Positions 11,234-21,854 of a stretch of 64,000 nucleotides of DNA are shown in pieces; the first letter of the stretch is position 1; each line of letters starts with the position of its first letter. The notes below the pieces were generated by a model, which was given only the letters and a program-made list of their open reading frames with translations, searched no databases and was not told the origin of the DNA. The stretch comes from Aulosira sp. ZfuVER01 (GTDB lineage Bacteria > Cyanobacteriota > Cyanobacteriia > Cyanobacteriales > Nostocaceae), in assembly GCA_034530615.2 (NCBI GenBank), contig JAVRCV020000073.1, positions 96,001 to 160,000 of the forward strand. Reading direction: 5' to 3'. The translations under genes were made by a program, and so were the position numbers.

Positions 11234-11512
11234 TCAAAAATCTTCATCATCAACAAAAAACTCGGCATCTTCATCTAATCGAGAATTACCCCGCCCAGAA
11301 TCAGCAATACCCCACAAAGGTTGCAGCACTGCTATACCAATTAATCCGATACAAACACAAAAAGCCAGCACTAAACCTACTGGTATTTGAATCGATTGTA
11401 ATGATAAGAATTTTAACCGTACTAGTGTGGCGTTTTGGACTGAGAGAAGCGCGATCGCCATTACCCAAACAGCGATAACTACAGATATCAAAAAATTAGC
11501 AATACTTTTCAT
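11234..11512 (-). CDS. LapA/DUF1049-type small membrane protein
   Basis: TM-QN...V.L.FL...P-TM pattern. Confidence 0.7.
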   Translation of the reverse strand: MKSIANFLISVVIAVWVMAIALLSVQNATLVRLKFLSLQSIQIPVGLVLAFCVCIGLIGIAVLQPLWGIADSGRGNSRLDEDAEFFVDDEDF

Positions 11513-11533
11513 AAAAAATCAAACTATAAACAA

Positions 11534-11630
11534 ACACAGATGAACACCGATAAATATCAGCGTTCATCTGCACGGCAGTTGCTCCAACGGGGGGAACACC
11601 CGCAAAGCACTGCCTCGTTTATCGGCGGTT
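11534..11630. repeat. CACAGAT-decamer hairpin repeat with a nested structured mini-element (11573-11616)
   Basis: CACAGATGAACAC...GTTCATCTGC[ACGGCAGTTGCTC...GCACTGCCTC]GTTTATCGGCGGTT; uninterrupted relatives at 57311 and 62045. Confidence 0.7.
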
Positions 11631-11637
11631 TAAACTC

Positions 11638-13065
11638 TTACTCTAGTTTAGCGATCGCACTTTCCATTTCTTGAGCGATTGTAACCAGTTTTTCCGGTGA
11701 GTTGGTTTCTAGATAAACGCGCACCAGGGGTTCTGTACCAGAGGGACGCAGTAGAATCCAGCTACCTTCTTCTAAGTAAAGTTTAATCCCATCTTTGCGA
11801 CCGACTTCTTTGACTTTAATTCCCGCTACTTCTGTAGGTGGATTTTTGGTAAAGGAGTCGATGACGGCGGTTTTATGGGCTTCGGTGAGGTGTAAGTCAA
11901 GACGATTATTGTAAAGCGGACCGTCAGCTTCGGCGATCGCTTCTTTGACTAGTTGACTCAGAGGCTTACCTTCATAGGCGATCGCTTCTGCTACTAGCAT
12001 ATCGGCTAAAACGCCATCTTTTTCGGGAATATGCCCGATCACGCTTAAACCACCAGATTCTTCCCCACCAATTAATACGGTGGTTTCTCGCATTTTTGCA
12101 CCAATGTATTTAAAGCCAACTGCTGTTTCATAAATTGGCAGCCCATATTTAGCCGCAAAATTATCTAAAAGGTGGGTTGTGGCTACAGTGCGGACAATCG
12201 CACCGCTTTTGCCTTTATTTTTGATTAAATGACGTGCTAGCAATAGCAGCACAGTGTTAGGGGTGAGGACATTGCCTTGTTCATCAACAATACCAAAGCG
12301 ATCGCTATCGCCATCTGTTGCTAAACCTAAATCTGCTTGATCGGCGCGTACTGCTTCGACTAACTCAACGAGTTGTTCACCTTTGGGTTCTGGCATCCCG
12401 CCGCCAAACAGCACATCCCGCCAAGTGTGGAAACTTTCTAATTGCACACCGCTTTGTTGCAAAACTTCATCTAAATAACCACGGGAAGTAGAATACAAAG
12501 CGTCGTATTTTACCTTCAACTGGGCACTTTTGATTTTTTCTACATCAATTAGGGTGTAGAGAAATTGCAGATAATCGGGTTTGGGATCGAAAATAGAAAT
12601 AGAACCCGATGGGCTACCACTTGGTGGCTCATCCGATGCACTTTCGATATTTGCCACAATAGTATCAGTAATCTCTGGAGTGGCAGGCCCAGCATAGTCA
12701 GGGATATATTTAATCCCACAGTATGGTGCAGGATTATGACTTGCCGTAAACATCAACGCCCCTGCTGAATTTAGGTGGCGGGCGTTGTAGGCAATTACTG
12801 GTGTAGGGCAATCCCGATCGGTTACTTTTACCGTCCAACCCAAGTCAGCTAAGACTTGGGCGGCAGTTTGGGCAAACTGGTCAGCTAAAAATCGAGTATC
12901 GTAGGCTACAAGAACAGGCCTGTCTTTGCTATAGGCTGTTTCTAAGTAACTAGCGATCGCCCTTGTAACTTTCCTCACATTGGGGAAAGTAAAATCATCG
13001 GCGATAATCCCTCGCCATCCATCAGTACCGAATTGAATTTTGCTGGATTTGCTACTAGCGCTCAT
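11638..13065 (-). CDS. Phosphoglucomutase/phosphomannomutase
   Basis: FGTDGWRG, TASHNP, DGDSDR, GEESGG, RPSGTEP. Confidence 0.95.
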   Translation of the reverse strand: MSASSKSSKIQFGTDGWRGIIADDFTFPNVRKVTRAIASYLETAYSKDRPVLVAYDTRFLADQFAQTAAQVLADLGWTVKVTDRDCPTPVIAYNARHLNSAGALMFTASHNPAPYCGIKYIPDYAGPATPEITDTIVANIESASDEPPSGSPSGSISIFDPKPDYLQFLYTLIDVEKIKSAQLKVKYDALYSTSRGYLDEVLQQSGVQLESFHTWRDVLFGGGMPEPKGEQLVELVEAVRADQADLGLATDGDSDRFGIVDEQGNVLTPNTVLLLLARHLIKNKGKSGAIVRTVATTHLLDNFAAKYGLPIYETAVGFKYIGAKMRETTVLIGGEESGGLSVIGHIPEKDGVLADMLVAEAIAYEGKPLSQLVKEAIAEADGPLYNNRLDLHLTEAHKTAVIDSFTKNPPTEVAGIKVKEVGRKDGIKLYLEEGSWILLRPSGTEPLVRVYLETNSPEKLVTIAQEMESAIAKLE

Positions 13066-13169
13066 TTTGCCACAGTCTCCCGTCCAACTTCACTACTATA
13101 GGAAGCTTCGCGCAAAGCGTGCGTAGCCGCAAGTATCTCCGCCGTTATTTTTCTCACTGCTCGTTAGCA

Positions 13170-14027
13170 ATGTCAATCCCCGACCGACCTTTTGCCAGTT
13201 ATCACCTTTGGTCTTTAGTTGCCCCAGCTACAGGGCAAGAACGTTGGCATTGCCAAATGAGACGGGGGTTTGTCAAAGCGCGTCAGCATGAACCACAAGT
13301 TAAGGCACTGTTAGCCACAGCTACTGCACCCCAAAGAATTGGGATACTCGCCCAAAAAGGCGTTTATGAATTTCATCATCATCGACATCTGTTAAAGCAA
13401 TCAGACGGTGTAGAAAAAGTTGCCCAGTTGCTCAAATTAAGCCATTCCTCTGAGGAAGTTCAACAGCGCGTGTTGCAAATTTTACAGAAATACCACAATG
13501 CTCCCTTGCTGTTGAATAAAAACATCCTGCAATTAACTCCAGGGGATGAAGGCTTTCCCAAACCAATTTTAATTGACCAGGATGATTATTGCTTCCGTTT
13601 ATATGCGGCTATGGACTGTGTATTTGTTGATAGCGATCGCACGTTGCATATTTTAGATTTTAAAACTGGTAAAGCTGCCTTTGACCAACGACAGGCATTA
13701 GTTTATCTGTTAGCTGCACGTTATCTTTACCCCGGACATGAAGCTGTTGCATCGTTCTATAATTTAGAACTTTGTAAAACATCCGAATTAATTCGGATCG
13801 ATCGTCGGGAATTAGCATCCTTAGAATTTGAGTTGGCTCATATAGCTAAGAAGCATCAGCGAGATTTACAAAAATATCATCAAGAAACTGAGGATTTCAG
13901 TAAGATATTCCCACCTAATCCTGGTTCTCACTGCCGCTTTTGCCCATTTCGCTCTATCTGCGATTTTGCTGATACGAAACAGCCTCAAGCTTTTGCCATG
14001 CCCATTTTAAGGGTGAATGGGGCATAG
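13170..14027 (+). CDS. PD-(D/E)XK nuclease, RecB/AddB/Cas4-like, with Fe-S cysteines
   Basis: MDCVF...ILDFKTG...Q..VY; C-terminal CRFCPFRSIC plus an N-terminal Cys; ATG at 13170 preferred. Confidence 0.8.
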   Translation: MSIPDRPFASYHLWSLVAPATGQERWHCQMRRGFVKARQHEPQVKALLATATAPQRIGILAQKGVYEFHHHRHLLKQSDGVEKVAQLLKLSHSSEEVQQRVLQILQKYHNAPLLLNKNILQLTPGDEGFPKPILIDQDDYCFRLYAAMDCVFVDSDRTLHILDFKTGKAAFDQRQALVYLLAARYLYPGHEAVASFYNLELCKTSELIRIDRRELASLEFELAHIAKKHQRDLQKYHQETEDFSKIFPPNPGSHCRFCPFRSICDFADTKQPQAFAMPILRVNGA

Positions 14028-14095
14028 GGCACTGGGCATTGGGGAAACGAGGAAGGGGGAGAAATCCTACCTGTTGACTGTTGACCCTTGACTCT

Positions 14096-15781
14096 TCAAA
14101 ACGGCGGTAATTCTTTAAGAATCGTAAACCGAATATGATTGATTGCTAGGTCGCCAATGGGGATATCTTCTTTGGTCAGACGTACTCCTTGACTAGAAAT
14201 GGTTTCAAAGGAAACGCCTTTGCCAATTTCGATGTGATACCAGCATAAGCCCATAAAAAACCGTGTGGGATAGGGGCCGGCATTTCCGACATCATCAGGG
14301 TTAGATTCCATTGGCAACCAGCCAATATTGGGTATGTAGAATTCTAGCCAAACATGGTTAAAGTCTGGTTGTAGGGGTACGCCTTGTAGTTCGCCATGAG
14401 GAGGACATTTATACCTACCTACTGTACGACAGGGAATCCCGTTCAAACGGCACAGAGCCAGCAAAACGCCCACATATTCGCCACAGGAACCAACACCTCG
14501 TTCTAAAACGATATCGGGAGTATCAATGTACGGTTTGATACCATAAGATAATTCATCGTAAACGTAATTGCGGATGTTGTACATTTTCCGCAGCAAATTG
14601 GTTTCCGAGCCTACTGCGTCCCTAGCAGAACGTCGGACAATACTGGTATCCATTGCTAAATCGTCGTCATCCACCAGGTAACGAGTTTCAAATTCTGGTG
14701 AAAGTTCGGGAAGATTTTCTACATCTTTGGGTGTAATACGATACTTAATACCGCGTACTTCCAAAATTGCTTTCCAGCCAAAGATATGGCGTTCGCCAGG
14801 GGTGAGAGTAGCAAATTTAAACACTGCTATCCGTTGCCCATCGATTACTTCTTCGGTAAAAGGTAACCCAATGGGTTCAACGTGTTTGACCTTTTGGCGT
14901 TCGGTTTCTGAGGGTAAGGCGATGCGCCACTCTAAATCTGTTAAATAGACTTCTTCTAAGGGTGCAATTTCCTCAGCGTAGGACATTTCGATGAGGTAGC
15001 CATTAGAGAGGGCGTAGCGTTTCTCTGGCTCGTAATGATAATGCAGAGGATGAATAAAAGTGCGATCGCGGTATGTTAGCTCATGATTGGGATCGGCATT
15101 CGGATTATCCCGAATATAAGGTTCTTCAGAGGCATAAGCGACATAAAGACTTTCTTTGGCTGTTTCCGCATCTTTGTGTACGGCTATGCCTGTAGGCGAG
15201 TCAAAAGGTGTGAGGACGCTGAATTGAATTTCTCCTGTAGCCCTATCCATCGAGTAGACGGTTTGTTCTGTGCGATCGCTCACCCACAGAATATCATTAC
15301 TCACAGCTAAATTTTCTACACCAACCCCAGGTGCATAAAACCTAGTAATTTCTCTGCGGCTCTCAGATTCAAAAACCAAGATATAGCCTAACTTTTGGCA
15401 ACTGACATAAACTGTTGATTCCCAAGCAGCAACACCGTCAGCCGGATAAGGCAATGTAACAAAATGCTCTAGACCTAAAGAATTCAGCTTGCAACGATAT
15501 ACACTGTTGCCACGAGTTACCCAAAGGGTATCTTCCCAGACTGCTAGACCTGTGACTTCAGTAAATTCTTTGACTTGGTGAGGATTAAGAATTTTGCTGT
15601 TGTCAGATATTGGGTCAATCTCTAGCAGATGTCCTTTAACAGTATCAATAGCGATGAGTGTATCTTTAATGAAAGCAATGCCACCTAATGCGGCAGCACT
15701 AAGCGGTCGAATTGTTCTTTGCCCAAACATCTGGCTAACGGTCATACTGGGAAGTGCAAAACTCATATTAAGCATATTCAT
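14096..15781 (-). CDS. Beta-propeller plus transglutaminase-like domain protein
   Basis: GSCGEY...LCRLNGIPCR, NHVWLEFY..GWLP. Confidence 0.85.
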   Translation of the reverse strand: MNMLNMSFALPSMTVSQMFGQRTIRPLSAAALGGIAFIKDTLIAIDTVKGHLLEIDPISDNSKILNPHQVKEFTEVTGLAVWEDTLWVTRGNSVYRCKLNSLGLEHFVTLPYPADGVAAWESTVYVSCQKLGYILVFESESRREITRFYAPGVGVENLAVSNDILWVSDRTEQTVYSMDRATGEIQFSVLTPFDSPTGIAVHKDAETAKESLYVAYASEEPYIRDNPNADPNHELTYRDRTFIHPLHYHYEPEKRYALSNGYLIEMSYAEEIAPLEEVYLTDLEWRIALPSETERQKVKHVEPIGLPFTEEVIDGQRIAVFKFATLTPGERHIFGWKAILEVRGIKYRITPKDVENLPELSPEFETRYLVDDDDLAMDTSIVRRSARDAVGSETNLLRKMYNIRNYVYDELSYGIKPYIDTPDIVLERGVGSCGEYVGVLLALCRLNGIPCRTVGRYKCPPHGELQGVPLQPDFNHVWLEFYIPNIGWLPMESNPDDVGNAGPYPTRFFMGLCWYHIEIGKGVSFETISSQGVRLTKEDIPIGDLAINHIRFTILKELPPF

Positions 15782-16057
15782 TTAACCGTTTAGCACGCCT
15801 AGAATAAATTGTGGTAGGTCCCATGTGACCAAGCTTCAGACTGGTGTTACTTACAATTATCAGTGCAATGTGTTCCAAAAAAACTCTGGCCTAGGAAATA
15901 ACACATACAAGTTCCAAGAGGAGCAAGTGACAAATGCCAGGAATCACATCTACACTAATACAATTTGGCGAGAGCCTTTATGTAACTTTAGTTGATGGTT
16001 TTCCGGCCATCACTAAATTATGATCGAATTCTGTAACCATTTCCTGTGACTTACACG

Positions 16058-18916
16058 ATGTCTGCTAATTCTCTGCCTGAAGGTGCCACCGTTTGGCATA
16101 GTTTAGAAGTTGATAAAGCGCTAGACCTGCTTGATAGTAATGCAGACAGTGGCTTAACACCTCAAGAAGTTGAACAACGGTTGCAAAAATACGGCCCCAA
16201 CGAACTCGAAGAACATGGTGGCCGTAGCGCTTGGGAGATTCTGCTCGATCAGTTCAAGAACATTATGTTGTTGATGCTGATTGCTGTTGCAATAATTTCT
16301 GGGGTTTTAGATCTCGTGGCTTGGCGAGGAGGCAATCTCAAGCCTGGCGAAGTGCCCTTCAAAGATACGATCGCGATTATGGCGATTGTGATCCTCAATG
16401 GCATCCTAGGCTATGTGCAAGAAAGCCGCGCGGAAAAAGCTCTTGCAGCCCTAAAAAAACTATCCTCTCCCTTAGTGCGAGTCATCCGCGATCGCAAACT
16501 GGTGGACGTAGCAGCCAAGGAATTAGTCCCAGGAGATGTGATGCTGCTAGAAGCTGGGGTGCAAATAGCCGCCGATGGGCGCTTAATTGAACAATCTAAT
16601 TTACAAATTCGCGAATCGGCCTTAACTGGTGAAGCCGAAGCCGTTAATAAACAAGCAACATTGCAATTACCCGAAGACACAGGGTTAGGCGATCGCTTGA
16701 ATGTTGTCTTTCAAGGAACAGAAGTTGTCCAAGGACGCGCCAAGGTTCTAGTCACCAATACCGGGATGGAAACGGAACTCGGCAAAATTGCGGCCATGTT
16801 GCAAGCGGTGGAAAGTGAACCAACTCCCTTACAACAGCGAATGACTCAACTAGGAAATGTCCTAGTTACCGGTTCTTTGATTTTGGTAGGCATTGTTGTT
16901 GTCGGTGGTATCATCCAGGCTAGAGGTTTTAGCACCTTACAAGAACTTTTAGAAATTTCCTTGAGTATGGCGGTGGCTGTAGTTCCTGAAGGTTTACCCG
17001 CCGTAATCACTGTGACCTTGGCATTGGGAACTCAGCGGATGGTACGCCGCAATGCCTTGATTCGCAAACTACCAGCGGTAGAAACCTTGGGTTCTGTAAC
17101 TACCATCTGTTCTGATAAAACTGGCACGCTGACTCAGAACAAAATGGTGGTGCAATCAGTTTACACAAATAATTCTAGTTTTCGTGTTACCGGAGAAGGT
17201 TACGCCCCCACAGGCGATTTTCAATTAAACGGGCAAAAAATTTCAGCAGATGAACGTCCCGAAATCGCTGCTTTACTAGTCGCCTGTGCTATTTGTAACG
17301 ATTCTGTGCTGCAAAAAGAAAAAGGGGAATGGGCGATTTTAGGCGACCCTACCGAAGGTGCATTACTCACTTTGGCAGGGAAAGCTAGTATTGAAAAAGA
17401 CCAGTGGAATAGTAAATTACCGAGAGTCTCAGAGTTTCCCTTTTCCTCAGAACGCAAGCGCATGAGTGTTATTTCTCAGGTTGAAGCAGTCGCCACAGGT
17501 GAATCTTCTTTAACCGGAATTGACCCAGCGATCGCCGGATTTTTGCAATCAGAAAATTACTTAATGTTTACCAAGGGTTCCCCAGAGTTAATTTTGGCGC
17601 GTTGTAGCCAAATTTATCTAGGTACGCACGCCGTTCCCTTAACTGAAGAACAACGCCAAAAAGTTCTCTCAGAAAATGACCAAATGGCAAGTAAGGGATT
17701 GCGAGTGCTGGGTTTTGCCTACAAACCGCTTGCAGAAATCCCGCCAGAAGGTTCAGATGAAATCTCAGAACAAGAATTGGTTTGGCTGGGACTAGTAGGA
17801 ATGCTAGATGCACCACGCCCAGAGGTAAGGGCTGCAGTCCAAGAATGTCGGGAAGCCGGGATTCGTCCAGTGATGATTACTGGCGATCACCAACTAACAG
17901 CAAGAGCGATCGCTACAGATCTAGGTATAGCCGAGGAAGGCGCTCGTGTCCTCACAGGTCAAGAATTACAGCGCATGAGTGATGAGGAACTAGAGCAAAA
18001 TGTTGACCTAGTAAGCATTTATGCTCGTGTTTCTCCAGAACACAAGTTGCGAATTGTCAAAGCACTGCAACGCCGGGGCAGATTTGTGGCCATGACAGGC
18101 GATGGTGTTAATGATGCCCCAGCCTTAAAACAAGCAGACATCGGTATTGCGATGGGCATCACAGGCACCGATGTGAGTAAAGAAGCTAGCGACATGGTAC
18201 TGCTAGATGACAACTTCGCTACCATTGTTGCCGCGACTAGGGAAGGTAGAGTTGTTTACACCAACATCCGCCGCTTTATCAAATACATCCTGGGCAGTAA
18301 CATTGGCGAAGTGCTAACAATCGCCGCAGCACCTTTAATTGGTTTAGGAGGCGTTCCCCTTACACCCTTGCAAATTCTTTGGATGAACTTGGTAACAGAC
18401 GGTTTACCAGCCCTAGCATTAGCTGTAGAACCCCCTGAGCCAGATGTAATGAAGCGTCCACCCTTCAGCCCCCGTGAGAGTATTTTTGCTAGGGGATTGG
18501 GTTCTTATATGATTCGCATTGGGATTATCTTTGCGATTATCTCAATTTCTTTAATGTGGTGGGCTTACAACTATACCCATGCAGCAGGATATCAAGGCGA
18601 TCGCGAATCTTGGAAGACAATGGTATTTACTACCTTGTGTATTGCCCAAATGGGTCATGCCATAGCTATTCGCTCAAATAATCGACTAACTATAGAGATG
18701 AATCCTTTCTCCAATATGTTTGTGTTGGGAGCTGTGGTAGTCACCACAATATTGCAACTCATGTTAGTTTACGTTCCACCCCTGCGAGAATTCTTTGGCA
18801 CTCACATACTAGATAAGACAGAATTGTGGGTTTGTATCGGCTTTAGTGCTTTGATGTTTGTTTGGGTGGAATTGGAGAAGATATTCTTCCGATTAGTTGG
18901 TAAAAAGGCTGTGTGA
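16058..18916 (+). CDS. P2-type cation (Ca2+-like) transporting ATPase
   Basis: [33 protein letters not shown]. Confidence 0.95.
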   Translation: MSANSLPEGATVWHSLEVDKALDLLDSNADSGLTPQEVEQRLQKYGPNELEEHGGRSAWEILLDQFKNIMLLMLIAVAIISGVLDLVAWRGGNLKPGEVPFKDTIAIMAIVILNGILGYVQESRAEKALAALKKLSSPLVRVIRDRKLVDVAAKELVPGDVMLLEAGVQIAADGRLIEQSNLQIRESALTGEAEAVNKQATLQLPEDTGLGDRLNVVFQGTEVVQGRAKVLVTNTGMETELGKIAAMLQAVESEPTPLQQRMTQLGNVLVTGSLILVGIVVVGGIIQARGFSTLQELLEISLSMAVAVVPEGLPAVITVTLALGTQRMVRRNALIRKLPAVETLGSVTTICSDKTGTLTQNKMVVQSVYTNNSSFRVTGEGYAPTGDFQLNGQKISADERPEIAALLVACAICNDSVLQKEKGEWAILGDPTEGALLTLAGKASIEKDQWNSKLPRVSEFPFSSERKRMSVISQVEAVATGESSLTGIDPAIAGFLQSENYLMFTKGSPELILARCSQIYLGTHAVPLTEEQRQKVLSENDQMASKGLRVLGFAYKPLAEIPPEGSDEISEQELVWLGLVGMLDAPRPEVRAAVQECREAGIRPVMITGDHQLTARAIATDLGIAEEGARVLTGQELQRMSDEELEQNVDLVSIYARVSPEHKLRIVKALQRRGRFVAMTGDGVNDAPALKQADIGIAMGITGTDVSKEASDMVLLDDNFATIVAATREGRVVYTNIRRFIKYILGSNIGEVLTIAAAPLIGLGGVPLTPLQILWMNLVTDGLPALALAVEPPEPDVMKRPPFSPRESIFARGLGSYMIRIGIIFAIISISLMWWAYNYTHAAGYQGDRESWKTMVFTTLCIAQMGHAIAIRSNNRLTIEMNPFSNMFVLGAVVVTTILQLMLVYVPPLREFFGTHILDKTELWVCIGFSALMFVWVELEKIFFRLVGKKAV

Positions 18917-18941
18917 GGGTGATTGGAAAGATGCGGAGAAA

Positions 18942-19004
18942 GGGGGACGCGGAGAGTAATTTCCCCGCGTCCCCGCGTCCCTGTGTCTCCGCGTCCTCTT
19001 CCCC
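18942..19004. repeat. Octamer (CCGCGTCC-like) tandem/inverted repeat
   Basis: GGGGACGCGGAGA...TCCCCGCGTCCCCGCGTCCCTGTGTCTCCGCGTCC. Confidence 0.7.
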
Positions 19005-19023
19005 ATCTTGTAACTTCTCCACT

Positions 19024-20151
19024 ATGTATCTCAAATCCATTCACCTCCGACAGTTTCGCAATTACACAGACCAAAAAGTGGAGTTTACTGCTGCCAAAAC
19101 GATTTTGGTAGGTAACAATGCTCAGGGGAAGTCCAATTTGTTGGAGGCGGTGGAGTTGTTGGCGACATTGCGATCGCATCGGATGGCACGCGATCGCGAT
19201 TTAGTGCAAGAAGGGGAAGCGATCGCTCAAATTAATGCCTCCCTAGAGCGGCAAACTTGTGTTAGTGACCTGAGCTTAACTCTCCGCCGTAATGGTCGGC
19301 GTAGCGTTGCCCTGAATGGCGAGTCTGTGCGCCGTCAAATGGACTTTCTCGGCGTTTTGAATGCAGTGGAGTTTTCTAGTTTAGATTTAGACTTAGTGCG
19401 CGGTGGTCCAGAAGGTCGTCGCAGTTGGCTAGATACCCTATTAATTCAACTAGAACCTGTTTATGCTCATATTTTGCAGCAGTACAATCAGGTTTTGCGA
19501 CAGCGCAATGCTTTTTTGAAACAGACTCAAGATTCAGCACTCAGTACTCAGCACTCAGAACAATTGGCTGTGTGGGATGCGCAGTTAGCGACTACAGGAA
19601 CAAGAGTCATTAGAAGGCGCGAACGAGCTATCCAAAGACTGGCCCCTATTGCTACCAAGTGGCACTCTAGTATTAGTGGTAGTACGGAAAAGCTTCAGAT
19701 CGAGTATGCGCCTAGTGTTCCTTTGGGGGAAAACTATCCCCAAGAAGTGCAGCAAGCTTTTCTAGAGAAAATTCAGCAGCGTGCCATTGCTGAACTGCGC
19801 CAAGGCACTACGTTGGTTGGCCCTCATCGCGACGAAGTCGAATTAATTATTAACCAAACACCTGCACGTCAATACGGTTCTCAAGGTCAGCAGCGCACCT
19901 TAGTATTAGCTCTCAAATTAGCAGAATTACAACTCATTGAAGAAGTTGTGGGAGAGCCACCACTGCTATTGCTGGATGATGTTTTGGCAGAACTAGACCC
20001 CTACCGTCAAAATCAGTTACTTGATGCTATTCAAGACCGATTTCAAACTTTAATTACAACAACTCACCTCGGTTCTTTTGACTCACAGTGGTTGAATTCA
20101 TCTCAAATTCTGCTTGTCAAGGCAGGAGAGATTTCATTACCAAATTGTTGA
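19024..20151 (+). CDS. recF: DNA replication/repair protein RecF
   Basis: MYLKSIHLRQFRNY, GNNAQGKSNLLEA, GPHRD, GSQGQQR, LLLDD; true start at 19024. Confidence 0.97.
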   Translation: MYLKSIHLRQFRNYTDQKVEFTAAKTILVGNNAQGKSNLLEAVELLATLRSHRMARDRDLVQEGEAIAQINASLERQTCVSDLSLTLRRNGRRSVALNGESVRRQMDFLGVLNAVEFSSLDLDLVRGGPEGRRSWLDTLLIQLEPVYAHILQQYNQVLRQRNAFLKQTQDSALSTQHSEQLAVWDAQLATTGTRVIRRRERAIQRLAPIATKWHSSISGSTEKLQIEYAPSVPLGENYPQEVQQAFLEKIQQRAIAELRQGTTLVGPHRDEVELIINQTPARQYGSQGQQRTLVLALKLAELQLIEEVVGEPPLLLLDDVLAELDPYRQNQLLDAIQDRFQTLITTTHLGSFDSQWLNSSQILLVKAGEISLPNC

Positions 20152-20510
20152 GAAATTTAAAGAAAAATATTATTTTTTTAACAAAGTTTATTAATAATAA
20201 AAATTCTAATTTTCTAGTTGAATTTACTGAAATTACGTAGCAATATCTCACAGTAAGTTAGTTTTCGTTTATCATAAGTTCCAGCGAGTTTATGTGGATG
20301 GAACACCCAAAGTTACTATACATCAGCAGAAATACAGATACTATTCACCAAACAGTGAGAGCGCTTAAAATAAAGTTTTTTGTAGTGCAAATTTTTAATT
20401 ACGCCTCTCCTGAAGGATTTGCATTGAGTAGCAGTAATATTGCTTATCTCTTTACTAGAAAATATTGTCTACAACTCATAAACATTATAGATTTACAATA
20501 AATTTTATAT

Positions 20511-20924
20511 ATGCCTCCACAAAATCACACATTAAATAAAGATGAGATTGCTGCACTAGGTGCATCATTAAGAGGAATTGAGCAGAAGCTACTTAAACAA
20601 TCGCAGCAAACAGGTATAACTAGAATGTGGTTCCAAGGAGAAGAACCTTATTTTGATGTTTTCTTTGAATTAAAAAATGATGAAATCTTATGGTTTCAAT
20701 TTACTTTACGTGGTAAATCCCTTTCTTGGGATAGTAGAAAAGCGCGATTACAAACGGGCACTACTAATGAACTAAATTATAATGATGTCAGCTTTTATGC
20801 TGCTAGCAAAACAATTGAAAATGATATTCAAACTAATTGGGAATTTGTAAATTTAGTTAAATCAATTCTAGAAACTAGATCCACAGAACCTATTTTTTCT
20901 CAGGCGCTAAAATTATTTGATTAG
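20511..20924 (+). CDS. Hypothetical protein
   Basis: 137-aa ORF with protein-like composition (WFQGEEPYFD, WFQFTLRG). Confidence 0.75.
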   Translation: MPPQNHTLNKDEIAALGASLRGIEQKLLKQSQQTGITRMWFQGEEPYFDVFFELKNDEILWFQFTLRGKSLSWDSRKARLQTGTTNELNYNDVSFYAASKTIENDIQTNWEFVNLVKSILETRSTEPIFSQALKLFD

Positions 20925-20963
20925 CCTTTGGTTATTTATTAGTTGATAGCTACATTTATCAAG

Positions 20964-21091
20964 TATGACTTACGCAAAAGTCAGGGAATTACGTCATTAC
21001 GAGCGAAGCGACGTAATCGCCTGAAATTCTAGGATTGCTTCCCTACACTACGTTCTGGTCGCAATGACAAATTTAGCTTGAGTAAGTCCTG
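20964..21091. mobile_element. MITE-like element with (G)GACTTACGCA-type inverted ends and an internal palindrome
   Basis: TATGACTTACGCA...TGAGTAAGTCCTG; inner GTCATTACGA...TCGCAATGAC (20993-21068). Confidence 0.65.
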
Positions 21092-21105
21092 TAAATAACC
21101 AACGA

Positions 21106-21543
21106 CTAATTCCTTTTTTCAAATCTTTTGAAAACATTGAGAACTAAAAAAGTTAGTAAAGCGCCAATTAAACCTAATTTCCACAAGCCACACCCAGATG
21201 CAATTCCCAAAGCTGCGGAAACCCAAACAGCCGCAGCTGATGTGAGTCCGTGAACTTCAGGTCGCTGTGATTCTTGAGAAGATTCGCGTAAAATCTCTCC
21301 AGCACCAAGAAATCCTATACCAGCCGCAATACCTTGAATAACTCGGCTAAGAGCGTCAGCACTAGGTTTGAGTTCTACTGTATACAGAGGGATAACAGTA
21401 AAAAGAGCTGAACCTAGACTGACTAACATATGAGTTCTTAAACCAGCTGGTTTATGCCTCAGCTCTCTTTCTAAGCCGATAATTGCCCCACTTAGTAGCG
21501 CTGTACATAGCCTCAAGGTGATATCTAACAAATCATTGCTCAT
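21106..21543 (-). CDS. MgtC/SapB family membrane protein
   Basis: IGLERE..HKPAGLRTHMLV, GIGFLGAG, GLTSAA. Confidence 0.92.
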   Translation of the reverse strand: MSNDLLDITLRLCTALLSGAIIGLERELRHKPAGLRTHMLVSLGSALFTVIPLYTVELKPSADALSRVIQGIAAGIGFLGAGEILRESSQESQRPEVHGLTSAAAVWVSAALGIASGCGLWKLGLIGALLTFLVLNVFKRFEKRN

Positions 21544-21854
21544 TAAGCATCAAAGATAGCCAGTACAAAATAATACTTGCTTTAAGATAAATGATTCTCC
21601 ATCTTACTTTAGATAGTAATCTACTTATCAAAGGCTATGGCGACTGCTTTTATAATGAGCGATCGCGTTTTTGCCGAAGAAGGTATTCTGGTAAAGTACT
21701 TACTCCTACATACAGATGAGGACACTTGCATGGTGAAAGAGGGTGGAGTTTAAAGCACAGTCAGAGAAAAAAACAGGGATTTGCTCTGAAGTGTTACACC
21801 AAGTCACTAAGGTGGCTCTAGCAAATGAATGACAACTGAGAACAACAAAATTGA

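Noticed and set aside
18913..19023. N-terminal extension of RecF
   Set aside because: It is translated octamer repeat; the canonical start MYLKS is at 19024
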